Part shown: one piece after another, positions 46,532 through 54,813 of the stretch
How the letters are laid out: each line of letters begins with the position of its first letter
How positions within the stretch are numbered: position 1 is the stretch's first letter
Assembly (NCBI GenBank): GCA_900551865.1
Contig: URXV01000003.1
Span: 11,079-75,078 of the forward strand
Reading direction: 5' to 3'
DNA from: an uncultured Rickettsiales bacterium
GTDB lineage: Bacteria; Pseudomonadota; Alphaproteobacteria; RF32; CAG-239
Length of the DNA stretch: 64,000 nucleotides
Made by a program: the position numbers and the translations under genes
The notes under the pieces: model-generated
The model's input: only the letters and a program-made list of their open reading frames with translations
Told to the model about the DNA's origin: nothing
The model's database searches: none

Positions 46532-47096
46532 TTAATGATTGATGTCCAGTGAGTCAATAATTTTTTTCGCGTCTTCAGGAGCATAATCCCAATAGGCCGA
46601 GGCAATAATCCTTTTTTGTGTTTCTTCGTCAAATCGGAATTTGATAATTCTCGCCGGACAACCGCCCACAACGGCAAAATCGGGAACATCTTTGTTGACA
46701 AAGGAATTAGCGCCGACCACGGCACCGTTGCCGATAGTAACGCCGCGCCGAATAACTGCGTTTACGCCAATCCAAACGTCGTTTTTAATAATACAGTCCT
46801 TTTTGGTTAAGTCGTGATACCCCCCCCCCCCGGTATGAAAGAAGCGTCGAGGTCGAAACCTCATCAAGATTATGTTCGCCTTGCCCGATTCTGACATGCG
46901 AAGCAATACTGCAATATCTTCCGATTTTGGCTCTGGTAATATCGACGTCCCTGCCGACAGACGTATAATCGCCGATGTCACAATGCGAATCAATAACGGA
47001 AGATTTGTCAACGCAGGTATGTTTGCCCCGTACGTAGGCATTGGCTTTTTTGTTTCTTAGAATATCAATAGCCTTTTGTATTAGTCTGATTTTCAT
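46532..47096 (-). pseudogene. Hexapeptide-repeat (LbH, Vat/CatB-like) acetyltransferase interrupted by a frameshift in a G12 tract
   Basis: The N-terminal part is the ORF 46785-47096 and the C-terminal part is the ORF 46532-47041 ([35 protein letters not shown]). The two frames meet in the homopolymer. Confidence 0.7.
46820..46831 (-). repeat. Homopolymer: C12 on the plus strand, G12 in the coding sense
   Basis: Counted directly from the sequence. G11 or G14 would fuse the two acetyltransferase ORFs in frame. Confidence 0.95.
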
Positions 47097-47114
47097 TTTG
47101 CCTCCGTTATCAAT

Positions 47115-47531
47115 TTATTTTCCTAAAACCGTCCTGATGGCAGTTGTTGATCTGACCGGCAATAAATCTTTGGGGATACGATTGCTGACGATATAACGTA
47201 TTCCTAAATCTTCTACGGCTTTACGCTTCTCTGGGCTGTCCCCGTCGCTGTTGACAAAGAAAATATCCGGCTTAATTTCTGCCAGCTCTTGCAAAAAGTC
47301 GAGTTTGCCGCTTCCTTTGGCGATAAAAGCCTGATGAACATACCGGATAGCCCCGACCATATACAGGCGTTCCTTTTCGTTATAAAGTGTTTTGCGTTTC
47401 TTCAGTTCTTCCACCGTCTTGTCTGAACCGATGGAAACATATAAGTCGCCGTACTGGCTTGCCTCTTCAAAAAAACGGATATGCCCGCTGTGCAGGACGT
47501 CAAAACAACCGGAAACAAAAACTTTAACCAT
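47115..47531 (-). CDS. Cytidylyltransferase-family protein (TagD / CTP_transf_like)
   Basis: GCFDVLHSGHIRFF is the HxGH motif, and the 138-aa size fits the family. Confidence 0.75.
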   Translation of the reverse strand: MVKVFVSGCFDVLHSGHIRFFEEASQYGDLYVSIGSDKTVEELKKRKTLYNEKERLYMVGAIRYVHQAFIAKGSGKLDFLQELAEIKPDIFFVNSDGDSPEKRKAVEDLGIRYIVSNRIPKDLLPVRSTTAIRTVLGK

Positions 47532-48357
47532 GATTACTTTTCCTAACTTTTGTTTTTATGCAAAAATCTGCCAGATAATATTTGGTTACACCGTTAACAC
47601 GTACCACTTTACATAGGCCGTAACCCCATTTTATTTTCAGTTTATTGTGTTCTGCAAGCTCCGCCGCAAAAAATCCCTGCCATTTTTTGCGGTAGTGCGG
47701 GCGGATATTCGTAATCAGCTGCGAAGCCGAAAGTGAATTAATAATATAATCGGCAAGCGCCAGTTGGTATTTTTTACCGGCAAAGTGCTGCGTATCTCTG
47801 TATTTGAATTTTTTTTGTACAACATGAGAATACAGGTCTATCGTTTGGAAAGCAAGAGTTTCACTTACCTGTGTTTGGATTTTATTACGTGAACATATTT
47901 CTCTGTTTACATCGTCGTCAAATTTTTTTAAGTTATTGGCTCGGACATTCGGAGCTGTCGTCAGTATGACGATGTTTGGAGTATGGGAATACAGATAACC
48001 GAGAAATTTTTGATATGCCCGTTCATATTGCTCCGCATCTTCAGCATTATCTGCTGTGTGCAAATACATACCATGCTTTCCTCCGATATTGACAAGTATA
48101 AGAGAATAGCTGTACTCCTTATTTTTGAAAAACATATCGCAGACATCATAAAGTAAGTGGTCTTCAATAGAAGCCGACGAACCGACAAAATCAACAGCAT
48201 ATTTGGGAAGAAGTTTTCCTAAACTGCTTCGGAATTCGCGGGAAACGCTGTCGCCGACTAAAAGAATACGCGGGCAGCCAAAATTTTTGGCATTATCAAT
48301 CCACGTATTGCTCCATTCAACATTTTCCCGGTCTTTTTCTTTATTAAAGCCAGTCAT
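47524..48357 (-). CDS. SGNH/GDSL-like hydrolase or O-acyl esterase
   Basis: LLVGDSVS (block I), NIGGKHG (block III-like) and RDTQHF (DxxH) motifs. Its ATG forms an ATGA overlap with the upstream stop. Confidence 0.55.
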   Translation of the reverse strand: MTGFNKEKDRENVEWSNTWIDNAKNFGCPRILLVGDSVSREFRSSLGKLLPKYAVDFVGSSASIEDHLLYDVCDMFFKNKEYSYSLILVNIGGKHGMYLHTADNAEDAEQYERAYQKFLGYLYSHTPNIVILTTAPNVRANNLKKFDDDVNREICSRNKIQTQVSETLAFQTIDLYSHVVQKKFKYRDTQHFAGKKYQLALADYIINSLSASQLITNIRPHYRKKWQGFFAAELAEHNKLKIKWGYGLCKVVRVNGVTKYYLADFCIKTKVRKSNHG

Positions 48358-49280
48358 AACTTTATCCAATCTTCAGGGACAATATCACCGGAATATTCGG
48401 CGGCGTCCGGTTTGAACCATTGCTTAGGCGCCACGACAATCTTGTCCGGATTTGTATTCAGCCAGGCGCCCCACCACGAAAATGTGCTGTTGGCGATAAT
48501 ATTATGGCGGCAGTTCCGCATCAGTTCCAAGTCAAAATAGCCGTGTTTTTCATCATTAATTTCAACGATAGTCTGCGGATAGGCCGTTTGTATATTTGCT
48601 CGAACCCAGTCTGTATCGCTGGAAAAAATAAAGAAATGCGGTTTATCAACGCGTTTTCCGATATAATCCATCGCATTCAGAAAATAATCCTTGTCCAAAT
48701 AAGTAAAAGGGCTGCGCGGATTAAGATAGTCGCCGCGGCGGATATGAACGGCAACGGCATTGGCTGCCCGGATTTTGGCAAGCATATCAAGATTCGCTGC
48801 ATCAAGAGTTTTTGTCAGCGTAAAATCATGCAGCAGCCTTTCTCGCAGCGGTTTGAAATATTTTTCGGTCTGGAAAACTCCGTCATAATAAACGTCGCCT
48901 TCTTTGCTTAGGAGTTCCGGTTCGTAACGGTTAATCTGTTTTTCGCAAACGCGGTTGGTTTTCAGGTAAATAAATTTTCCCAGATTAAATTTTTTACGGA
49001 TAGAACGGGGAAGAATGTTTTTAAATCTGATTTCGTTTTTACATCTTTTTATTTGTTCATCTGAGGCAAAATCTCCGCTGATGCTATACAATCCCAAATC
49101 AAAACTGCGGTAATGGTTGGTCAAAAAGCCGGTATTATCCCACAAAACATTGCCGGCAGCCAGTCCGAAGGCATATTGAAACATCTGATTGCCGAGCCCT
49201 CCGCCCAACCTGACGATACGCAGCGGTTTATTCGGGGAAACCTGGGCGGAATATTTGCTTTCTTGATGTGAAACAGCCAT
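48354..49280 (-). CDS. Alpha-1,2-fucosyltransferase (glycosyltransferase family 11)
   Basis: GGLGNQMFQYAF, HIRRGDY and STFSWWGAWL motifs. AGGAG lies 5 nt upstream of the ATG at 49280. Confidence 0.85.
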   Translation of the reverse strand: MAVSHQESKYSAQVSPNKPLRIVRLGGGLGNQMFQYAFGLAAGNVLWDNTGFLTNHYRSFDLGLYSISGDFASDEQIKRCKNEIRFKNILPRSIRKKFNLGKFIYLKTNRVCEKQINRYEPELLSKEGDVYYDGVFQTEKYFKPLRERLLHDFTLTKTLDAANLDMLAKIRAANAVAVHIRRGDYLNPRSPFTYLDKDYFLNAMDYIGKRVDKPHFFIFSSDTDWVRANIQTAYPQTIVEINDEKHGYFDLELMRNCRHNIIANSTFSWWGAWLNTNPDKIVVAPKQWFKPDAAEYSGDIVPEDWIKL

Positions 49281-49324
49281 AAAAATCTCCTTTGGCAGAT
49301 AAAATCTGACCTTTTGTTTATAAA

Positions 49325-49464
49325 AAACCAACCTTTTAAATATATACTTGAGTAGACATCCAATAGCAAGAATAAGTTATCCTAATCCATTATAATTAAA
49401 TAATTAATTGAAAAGACGAAAATCTTGTTGTGAATAAAAAACTGCTTATTTAAAAGGTTGGTTT
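49325..49464. repeat. Perfect 18-bp inverted repeat flanking a 104-bp AT-rich segment
   Basis: AAACCAACCTTTTAAATA at 49325-49342 is the exact reverse complement of 49447-49464. Confidence 0.9.
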
Positions 49465-49580
49465 AAATTCAGCAGGTTTCTAACGTGGAAAAAACGCACA
49501 CAGACAAAGGAAACAGCGGCCTTTTAAGGCGGAAAGATATAAGAAACAGCGGCGCTCTGATATGCAGTCTTCAGGTATAA

Positions 49581-49608
49581 CAAAAGCGCCTGCTTATCCA
49601 ACAGGCGC
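49581..49608 (-). terminator. Intrinsic terminator after tRNA-Pro
   Basis: GCGCCTG / CAGGCGC stem, followed by TTTTG on the minus strand. Confidence 0.65.
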
Positions 49609-49614
49609 CCAATA

Positions 49615-49691
49615 TGGTCGGAACGGGTGGATTCGAACCACTGACCTCTGCGACCCGAACGCAGCGTTCTACCAGGCTGAACTACGTTCCG
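49615..49691 (-). tRNA. tRNA-Pro (anticodon CGG)
   Basis: The manual cloverleaf has acceptor CGGAACG/CGTTCCG, anticodon loop TTCGGGT, T-loop GGTTCGAATCC and an encoded CCA. Length 77 nt. Confidence 0.9.
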
Positions 49692-49897
49692 TTGTTCAAC
49701 GAACATATATCTACACAAAAAAAAATTAGATTACAAGCTTTTTTTTCATCTGTGCGTAAAAAAAATTATCTGTACGCAAAAATGGTTTGTATGCCAATAA
49801 TCTTATATGTATAAAAATAATATTTGCATAAAAAAATTGACGCTTTTGCAAATCAAGTGTAAAACAAACCGGTCAGAAATTGTGCAAGGAGAATAAA

Positions 49898-50740
49898 ATG
49901 TTGTATTTGGGGTGTCATCTGTCATCAGCTGCCGGTTTTGCCGCAATGGGAAAAACGGCTTTGAAAATTAATGCCAATACGTTTCAGTTCTTTTTGCGCA
50001 ATCCGCGCGGCGGAGCGGCCAAAGACATCAAGCCCGCAGATGTTGCCGAATTTCTTGAATTGGCAAAGCAGAACGGATTCGGTAAAATCCTCGCTCATGC
50101 GCCGTATACGCTCAATCCCTGTTCAAAGGACGCCTCCGTCCGGAAATTTGCCGGCGAGGTTTTTGCCGACGATTTGAAACGGATGGAAAATCTTCCGGGA
50201 AACCTGTATAATTTCCATCCCGGTTCACATGTAGGGCAGGGCGTTGCCGCCGCTATTCCGCAAATCGTCGAGATTTTGGATGCTGTAATGCCGGAAGCGC
50301 GCCATACGACGGTTTTGCTGGAAACGATGTCCGGTAAGGGCAGCGAAGTCGGTTCCCGTTTTGAGGAGCTGGCGGAAATAATTTCCCGTGCCAAATCCAA
50401 CGCTCCGGAGAAGCTCGGTGTATGCCTGGATACCTGCCATGTCTATTCTGCCGGTTATGATATCGTCAACCGCCTGGATGAAGTATTGGAAGAATTTGAC
50501 CGTGTCATCGGGCTGAACCGTTTGCATGCGATTCATTTAAACGACAGTATGACGGAGTTTGCGTCGCATAAAGACCGCCACGAGCGGCTGGGGCACGGAA
50601 CAATAGGAAAAGACGCCCTGATTCGGTTTGTCAATCACCCTGCGCTCAAAGGTATTCCCGTTAATTTGGAAACGCCGAACGAACTTCCCGGATATGCGGA
50701 AGAAATAGCCCTTCTGCGTCAAAGCTATACGCAGGGGTAG
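49898..50740 (+). CDS. nfo: Deoxyribonuclease IV (endonuclease IV)
   Basis: AP-endonuclease 2 TIM-barrel motifs (HAPY, NFHPG, LETM, CLDTCH, HLND). AGGAG lies upstream of the ATG at 49898. Confidence 0.88.
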   Translation: MLYLGCHLSSAAGFAAMGKTALKINANTFQFFLRNPRGGAAKDIKPADVAEFLELAKQNGFGKILAHAPYTLNPCSKDASVRKFAGEVFADDLKRMENLPGNLYNFHPGSHVGQGVAAAIPQIVEILDAVMPEARHTTVLLETMSGKGSEVGSRFEELAEIISRAKSNAPEKLGVCLDTCHVYSAGYDIVNRLDEVLEEFDRVIGLNRLHAIHLNDSMTEFASHKDRHERLGHGTIGKDALIRFVNHPALKGIPVNLETPNELPGYAEEIALLRQSYTQG

Positions 50741-50788
50741 CTGCACATCTCTTTGAAGGCTTATAGGCCTTAGATTCCGTTTGAATGT

Positions 50789-51652
50789 TTAAAGCAAAAT
50801 TTCCGCAACGATGCCGAATACAACGCCCAAACCATACAATAATGCGAGGATGCGCAGATTCTCTTTCCGATTCGGGTTAACCCGGTATAAAACCAGATAT
50901 CCCAGTCCTGCATTGCTGAGCGTTCCCGCCAGCATCGTACCCAATGTAATCGCATTGTCAAGATACAGCTGCGTCAGCAATACCGACGGATAGCAGCTCG
51001 GAATAAGCCCCACGCCTGCCGCGATGAATTTGCTGAGTATCGGCATTCCCGTCAACAGCAACTGCACGGTTTCCCTTCCGCCGAATGCAAAAGCCGCATT
51101 GACGATGAGCGAAAAAATAAAGATAAAAATACTGATTTTTTCAGTATGTTTATAAGCGGAATGCCATATATTGTCCTTGTCGTCGCATTTGCATTTTTCC
51201 CGCTGGCAAAAAGCCTCAATGTCCGGCTCCTTTTTGTGCCTGATAAATTTTTGCGGTAGAAAAATGTCCAACAGCACGCCGCTGGCAATCGCAAAAATAA
51301 CCTTAATTCCCAAAATCTGTACAATCAAAGCCGCTCCTGCGCCGCCGGAAATCAAAATCGGCAGCATTTCGTCGGAAGTAGAAAGAAAAATGGCCATCAG
51401 CGTGCCGAGCGTAATAATGCCGGTTGCATAGAGGTTTGCCGCCGCGACCGAAAAGCCGCATTGTGGTATCAGCCCCAGCAATCCGCCGGCAACCGGACCG
51501 TAAGAACCTGATTTTTTTATATAGGAAAGCGTTTTCCGCGATGTCTTGTGTTCCAAAAATTCAAGCGCCAGATATGTCAAAAACAGGTATGGAAACAACG
51601 CCAGCGTTTCGTATAGGGAATCAATCAGAATATCCATGCCGATGTTAAACAT
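50789..51652 (-). CDS. Polytopic membrane protein, ArsP_2-like putative metal (Mn) transporter
   Basis: LEFLEH, GLIPQCGFS and STSDEMLPIL motifs, recalled from the putative 10-TM heavy-metal exporter family. Confidence 0.45.
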   Translation of the reverse strand: MFNIGMDILIDSLYETLALFPYLFLTYLALEFLEHKTSRKTLSYIKKSGSYGPVAGGLLGLIPQCGFSVAAANLYATGIITLGTLMAIFLSTSDEMLPILISGGAGAALIVQILGIKVIFAIASGVLLDIFLPQKFIRHKKEPDIEAFCQREKCKCDDKDNIWHSAYKHTEKISIFIFIFSLIVNAAFAFGGRETVQLLLTGMPILSKFIAAGVGLIPSCYPSVLLTQLYLDNAITLGTMLAGTLSNAGLGYLVLYRVNPNRKENLRILALLYGLGVVFGIVAEILL

Positions 51653-51767
51653 TGCAGCCTCTTGGAAAATTTATTGCAAAACTAACAACATATCTAACAA
51701 AACTATTGTATTTTTGCAACAAAAAAAGCCCATGTTCATAAAAAAGCTGTTGCCGGTGCAAACATAT

Positions 51768-51796
51768 TAAAAAAGACGCCTCATACGAAGCGTCTT
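51768..51796 (-). terminator. Intrinsic terminator
   Basis: AAGACGC / GCGTCTT stem followed by T6 on the minus strand. Confidence 0.6.
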
Positions 51797-51843
51797 AAAA
51801 AATTTTCGGGTTCAAACAAACCGTCTTTTCAAAAACTTAAATT

Positions 51844-52188
51844 TTAATCCTCAGCCGAAAGCATTTTTTCTTTCATCTTGGCGAGCATTAAGATTTTTGC
51901 CTGTTCTTTGGTAAAAGGCAACCTTACGTCACATTTGTTAAAAACAAGGACTTTGCCGTTTGATAATAAAACATACGCAACGCTCGAAGTCCGGCGACGA
52001 CTATCTCCACCAATCGCCATTAACGTGGCAACAACAGAATCCGGATTAAGTTCAGGTACGTCTTCCGGCACATTGGCCTCTAGCGGAGGTATAGGCAATG
52101 GTTGTATAGACTGTGCAGGCTCGGAGGCGCATGATGCCAAAACCAAACAACAGATTGCAACTGCAATCATAAATAATAGTTTTTTCAT
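51844..52188 (-). CDS. Small lipoprotein, function unknown
   Basis: Lipobox LASC after a hydrophobic signal sequence. Confidence 0.5.
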   Translation of the reverse strand: MKKLLFMIAVAICCLVLASCASEPAQSIQPLPIPPLEANVPEDVPELNPDSVVATLMAIGGDSRRRTSSVAYVLLSNGKVLVFNKCDVRLPFTKEQAKILMLAKMKEKMLSAED

Positions 52189-52385
52189 AATTGTATATTT
52201 TAATGATTAATATTTATCATCATTATCAATCAAATTTGTCTTTTTGTCAATATATTTTTTTTCATCTGACTAAAAAATAAGATTTTTTATGCTTTTACGG
52301 CTTTCCCACATAAGGAAAAGAGCCGCAAAGGTGCAGCTCTTTTCGTATTCCGGACAGGCATAACGCCAGACTTTGGAAAGTCTGA

Positions 52386-53714
52386 TTATGCTGCCTTTTC
52401 GTCAAAATTGTACAAGTCTTCAACCGAAACTTTCTTTTCCTTGGTCTGGACTTTGGAAAGGACATAGTCAATGACTTTTTCCTCATAAACGGAAGTGCGC
52501 AGACGCTCAACCGCTTCCTTGTTCTTCAGATAAAAGTCAAAAATAGCCTTTGCCTGCATCGGATAGCGCTGGGCTTCGTTCATAATCGCCTTGTTGAGGT
52601 CTTCCTGCGTTACTTCTACTTTGGCGTCGTTGCCGACTTCAGCCAGCAACAGGCCGAGCTTGACGCGGCGAACGGCGATTTCCTTGTATTCTTTCAGCAG
52701 GTCTTCTTCCTTTTTGTTCTTTTCGTCTTCGTCAAGCTGGTTGTTTTTCTTGGCGTTTTCATACTGCTTGACAATCGCCTCATATTCCATGTCAACAAGC
52801 TTGGCCGGAACGTCAAACTTGTAAGCCTTGTCCAAAGCGTCGAGCAGGGAACGTTTCTGCTTCATCTTGGAAGCGGCGTCGTAATCCTGCGCAATTCTCT
52901 TCTTGACGGTTTCTTTGAGCTTGTCAAGGTTTTCTTCGCCCATGGATTTGGCAAATTCGTCATTGATTTCCGCCTTTTTGATTTCTCTGATTTCTTTGAT
53001 TGTCGTTACAAACAGGGCTTCTTTGCCGGCCAAATCCTTGGCGTGATAGTTTTCCGGGAAAGTCGCTTTTACTTCAACGACTTCGCCGGCCTTCTTGCCG
53101 ATAAGCTGGTCTTCGTAACCCGGAATAAAGGAATTGGAACCGATTTCCAGCGGATAGGCCTCGCCTTTGCCGCCCGGGAATTCTACGCCGTCAATGGAAC
53201 CGACAAAGTCGATAACCGCAATGTCGCCTTTGGCCGTAACGCGGTCTTCTTCAACCTTAATCGTATCGCGGCGGCTCTCGGCCATATAGTTGAGTGCTTT
53301 TTCAACTTCTTCGTCCGGAACTTCGGCAACCGGCTTTTCAATCTTGATGGCGGAGAAGTCTTTGAGCTCAATCGTCGGCATAACGTCCATGGATACCTTG
53401 AATTCAACGTCTTTGCCTTCTTCAAACTTGCTCAGGTCGACATCCGGCGTAAATACCGGGCGCAGTTCCTTTTCTTTCAGGACTTCGTTGACGCCGTTGC
53501 GGACAACTTCATCCAGCGCCTCGCTCATTGCGTTGCCCTGATATTTTTTCTTAACCATCGCAAACGGAACCTTTCCGGCTCTGAAACCGGCCATGCTGAC
53601 CGTCTTGGCAATTTCATGAAGTTTCTTGTCAACTTCCGCGCTGAAATCTGCGGCGCTGACAGTAACGTTATATTCGCGGCTCAAGCCTTCTGATTTTACT
53701 TCTTTAATCTTCAT
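52386..53714 (-). CDS. tig: Trigger factor
   Basis: The ribosome-binding motif GFRAGKVP and an FKBP-type middle domain are present. I prefer the internal ATG (MKIKEV). Confidence 0.95.
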   Translation of the reverse strand: MKIKEVKSEGLSREYNVTVSAADFSAEVDKKLHEIAKTVSMAGFRAGKVPFAMVKKKYQGNAMSEALDEVVRNGVNEVLKEKELRPVFTPDVDLSKFEEGKDVEFKVSMDVMPTIELKDFSAIKIEKPVAEVPDEEVEKALNYMAESRRDTIKVEEDRVTAKGDIAVIDFVGSIDGVEFPGGKGEAYPLEIGSNSFIPGYEDQLIGKKAGEVVEVKATFPENYHAKDLAGKEALFVTTIKEIREIKKAEINDEFAKSMGEENLDKLKETVKKRIAQDYDAASKMKQKRSLLDALDKAYKFDVPAKLVDMEYEAIVKQYENAKKNNQLDEDEKNKKEEDLLKEYKEIAVRRVKLGLLLAEVGNDAKVEVTQEDLNKAIMNEAQRYPMQAKAIFDFYLKNKEAVERLRTSVYEEKVIDYVLSKVQTKEKKVSVEDLYNFDEKAA

Positions 53715-53755
53715 TATATTTATCTCTTCCAAAAAGCCCACTTCGGTACCCGAAA

Positions 53756-53839
53756 TGGTGCGGACGGAGAGACTCGAACTCTCACAGCAAAGCCACCAGA
53801 TCCTAAGTCTGGCGTGTCTACCAATTTCACCACGCCCGC
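53756..53839 (-). tRNA. tRNA-Leu (anticodon UAG), long variable arm
   Basis: Acceptor GCGGGCG/CGTCCGC, anticodon loop CTTAGGA, T-loop GTTCGAGTC and an encoded CCA. Length 84 nt. Confidence 0.9.
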
Positions 53840-53901
53840 GGATTACAACAACAAATTTGCCCCGAGTATATACAACATTTTTATATAATCAAGCAAAAAA
53901 A

Positions 53902-54813
53902 TTATAAAATAACGCCCTTTTCAAAACGAAAGCCCTTCAGCATCTCGGCCGTTTCCATCGGCTGTTTGCCTTCCCGTTGCAGCCTTTCGATACAAAGTGC
54001 CTTGCCGTCGCGCCCGGCTATCGTCAGAGCTTTTTCCCCTTCAATAATTTCTCCCGGCGCGCCCTGTCCGTCGCAGACCCGAACCCGGTAAACCTTAAAA
54101 CGTTCGCCTTTGTAGGTAAAATATGTCGCAGGGTAGGGGGAAAACGCCCTGATTTTGTCAGCCAGTGCATTCACGTCTCCGGTAAAGTCCAGACGGCATT
54201 CGGCCTTGTCCAGCTTTTCCGCATAAGTTACCAGGCTCTCGTCCTGTTTTGCCGGAACAATGTCGTCCAGCTGCCGCAAAGTCCTGACCAGCAAATCAGC
54301 CCCGACCGTAGACAATTTGTCGTGCAAATCGCCTCCTGTCATCTCCGGCGTAATGGTAACCGCCTCCTGGCAGAGAACGTCGCCGGCATCAAGCGCTGCC
54401 GCCATCTGCATAATGGAAATGCCGCTTTGCCTGTCTCCGGCTTCAATCGCCCGTTGTATCGGCGCTGCCCCGCGCCAGCGCGGCAACAGGGAAGCGTGAA
54501 CGTTAATGCACCCTTTGGGGAAAATATCCAGAACAGCCTGTGGCAAAATCAGACCATACGCGGCAACAATCGCCATATCCGCACCCAGCGCTTTCAGGCT
54601 CTGCTGTTCGTCTTCGCTTCTGAGAGACTTCGGCGTCCTGACTTCTATGCCTTTCGCTTCTGCCAGAAGATGTACCGGCGTTTTGTTGACCTTCTTGCCG
54701 CGACCGCTTTCTTTCGGCGCCCGTGTATAAACGGCGGCGATGTTATGCTCTTTCGTCAGTGCTTCCAAAACCGGAACGGCAAAATCCGGCGTTCCCATAA
54801 ATACAATTTTCAT
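53902..54813 (-). CDS. fmt: Methionyl-tRNA formyltransferase
   Basis: MKIVFMGTPDFAVP, HASLLPRWRGAAPI motifs. Confidence 0.95.
   Translation of the reverse strand: MKIVFMGTPDFAVPVLEALTKEHNIAAVYTRAPKESGRGKKVNKTPVHLLAEAKGIEVRTPKSLRSEDEQQSLKALGADMAIVAAYGLILPQAVLDIFPKGCINVHASLLPRWRGAAPIQRAIEAGDRQSGISIMQMAAALDAGDVLCQEAVTITPEMTGGDLHDKLSTVGADLLVRTLRQLDDIVPAKQDESLVTYAEKLDKAECRLDFTGDVNALADKIRAFSPYPATYFTYKGERFKVYRVRVCDGQGAPGEIIEGEKALTIAGRDGKALCIERLQREGKQPMETAEMLKGFRFEKGVIL

Noticed and set aside
46020-46540. Search for a direct repeat of the tRNA-Pro 3' end marking the far border of the glycan island.
   Set aside because: No copy of the TGGTCGGAACGGGTGG-type sequence was seen near 46.0-46.5 kb. A tRNA-targeted integration therefore cannot be supported from this window, and no integrase is present.
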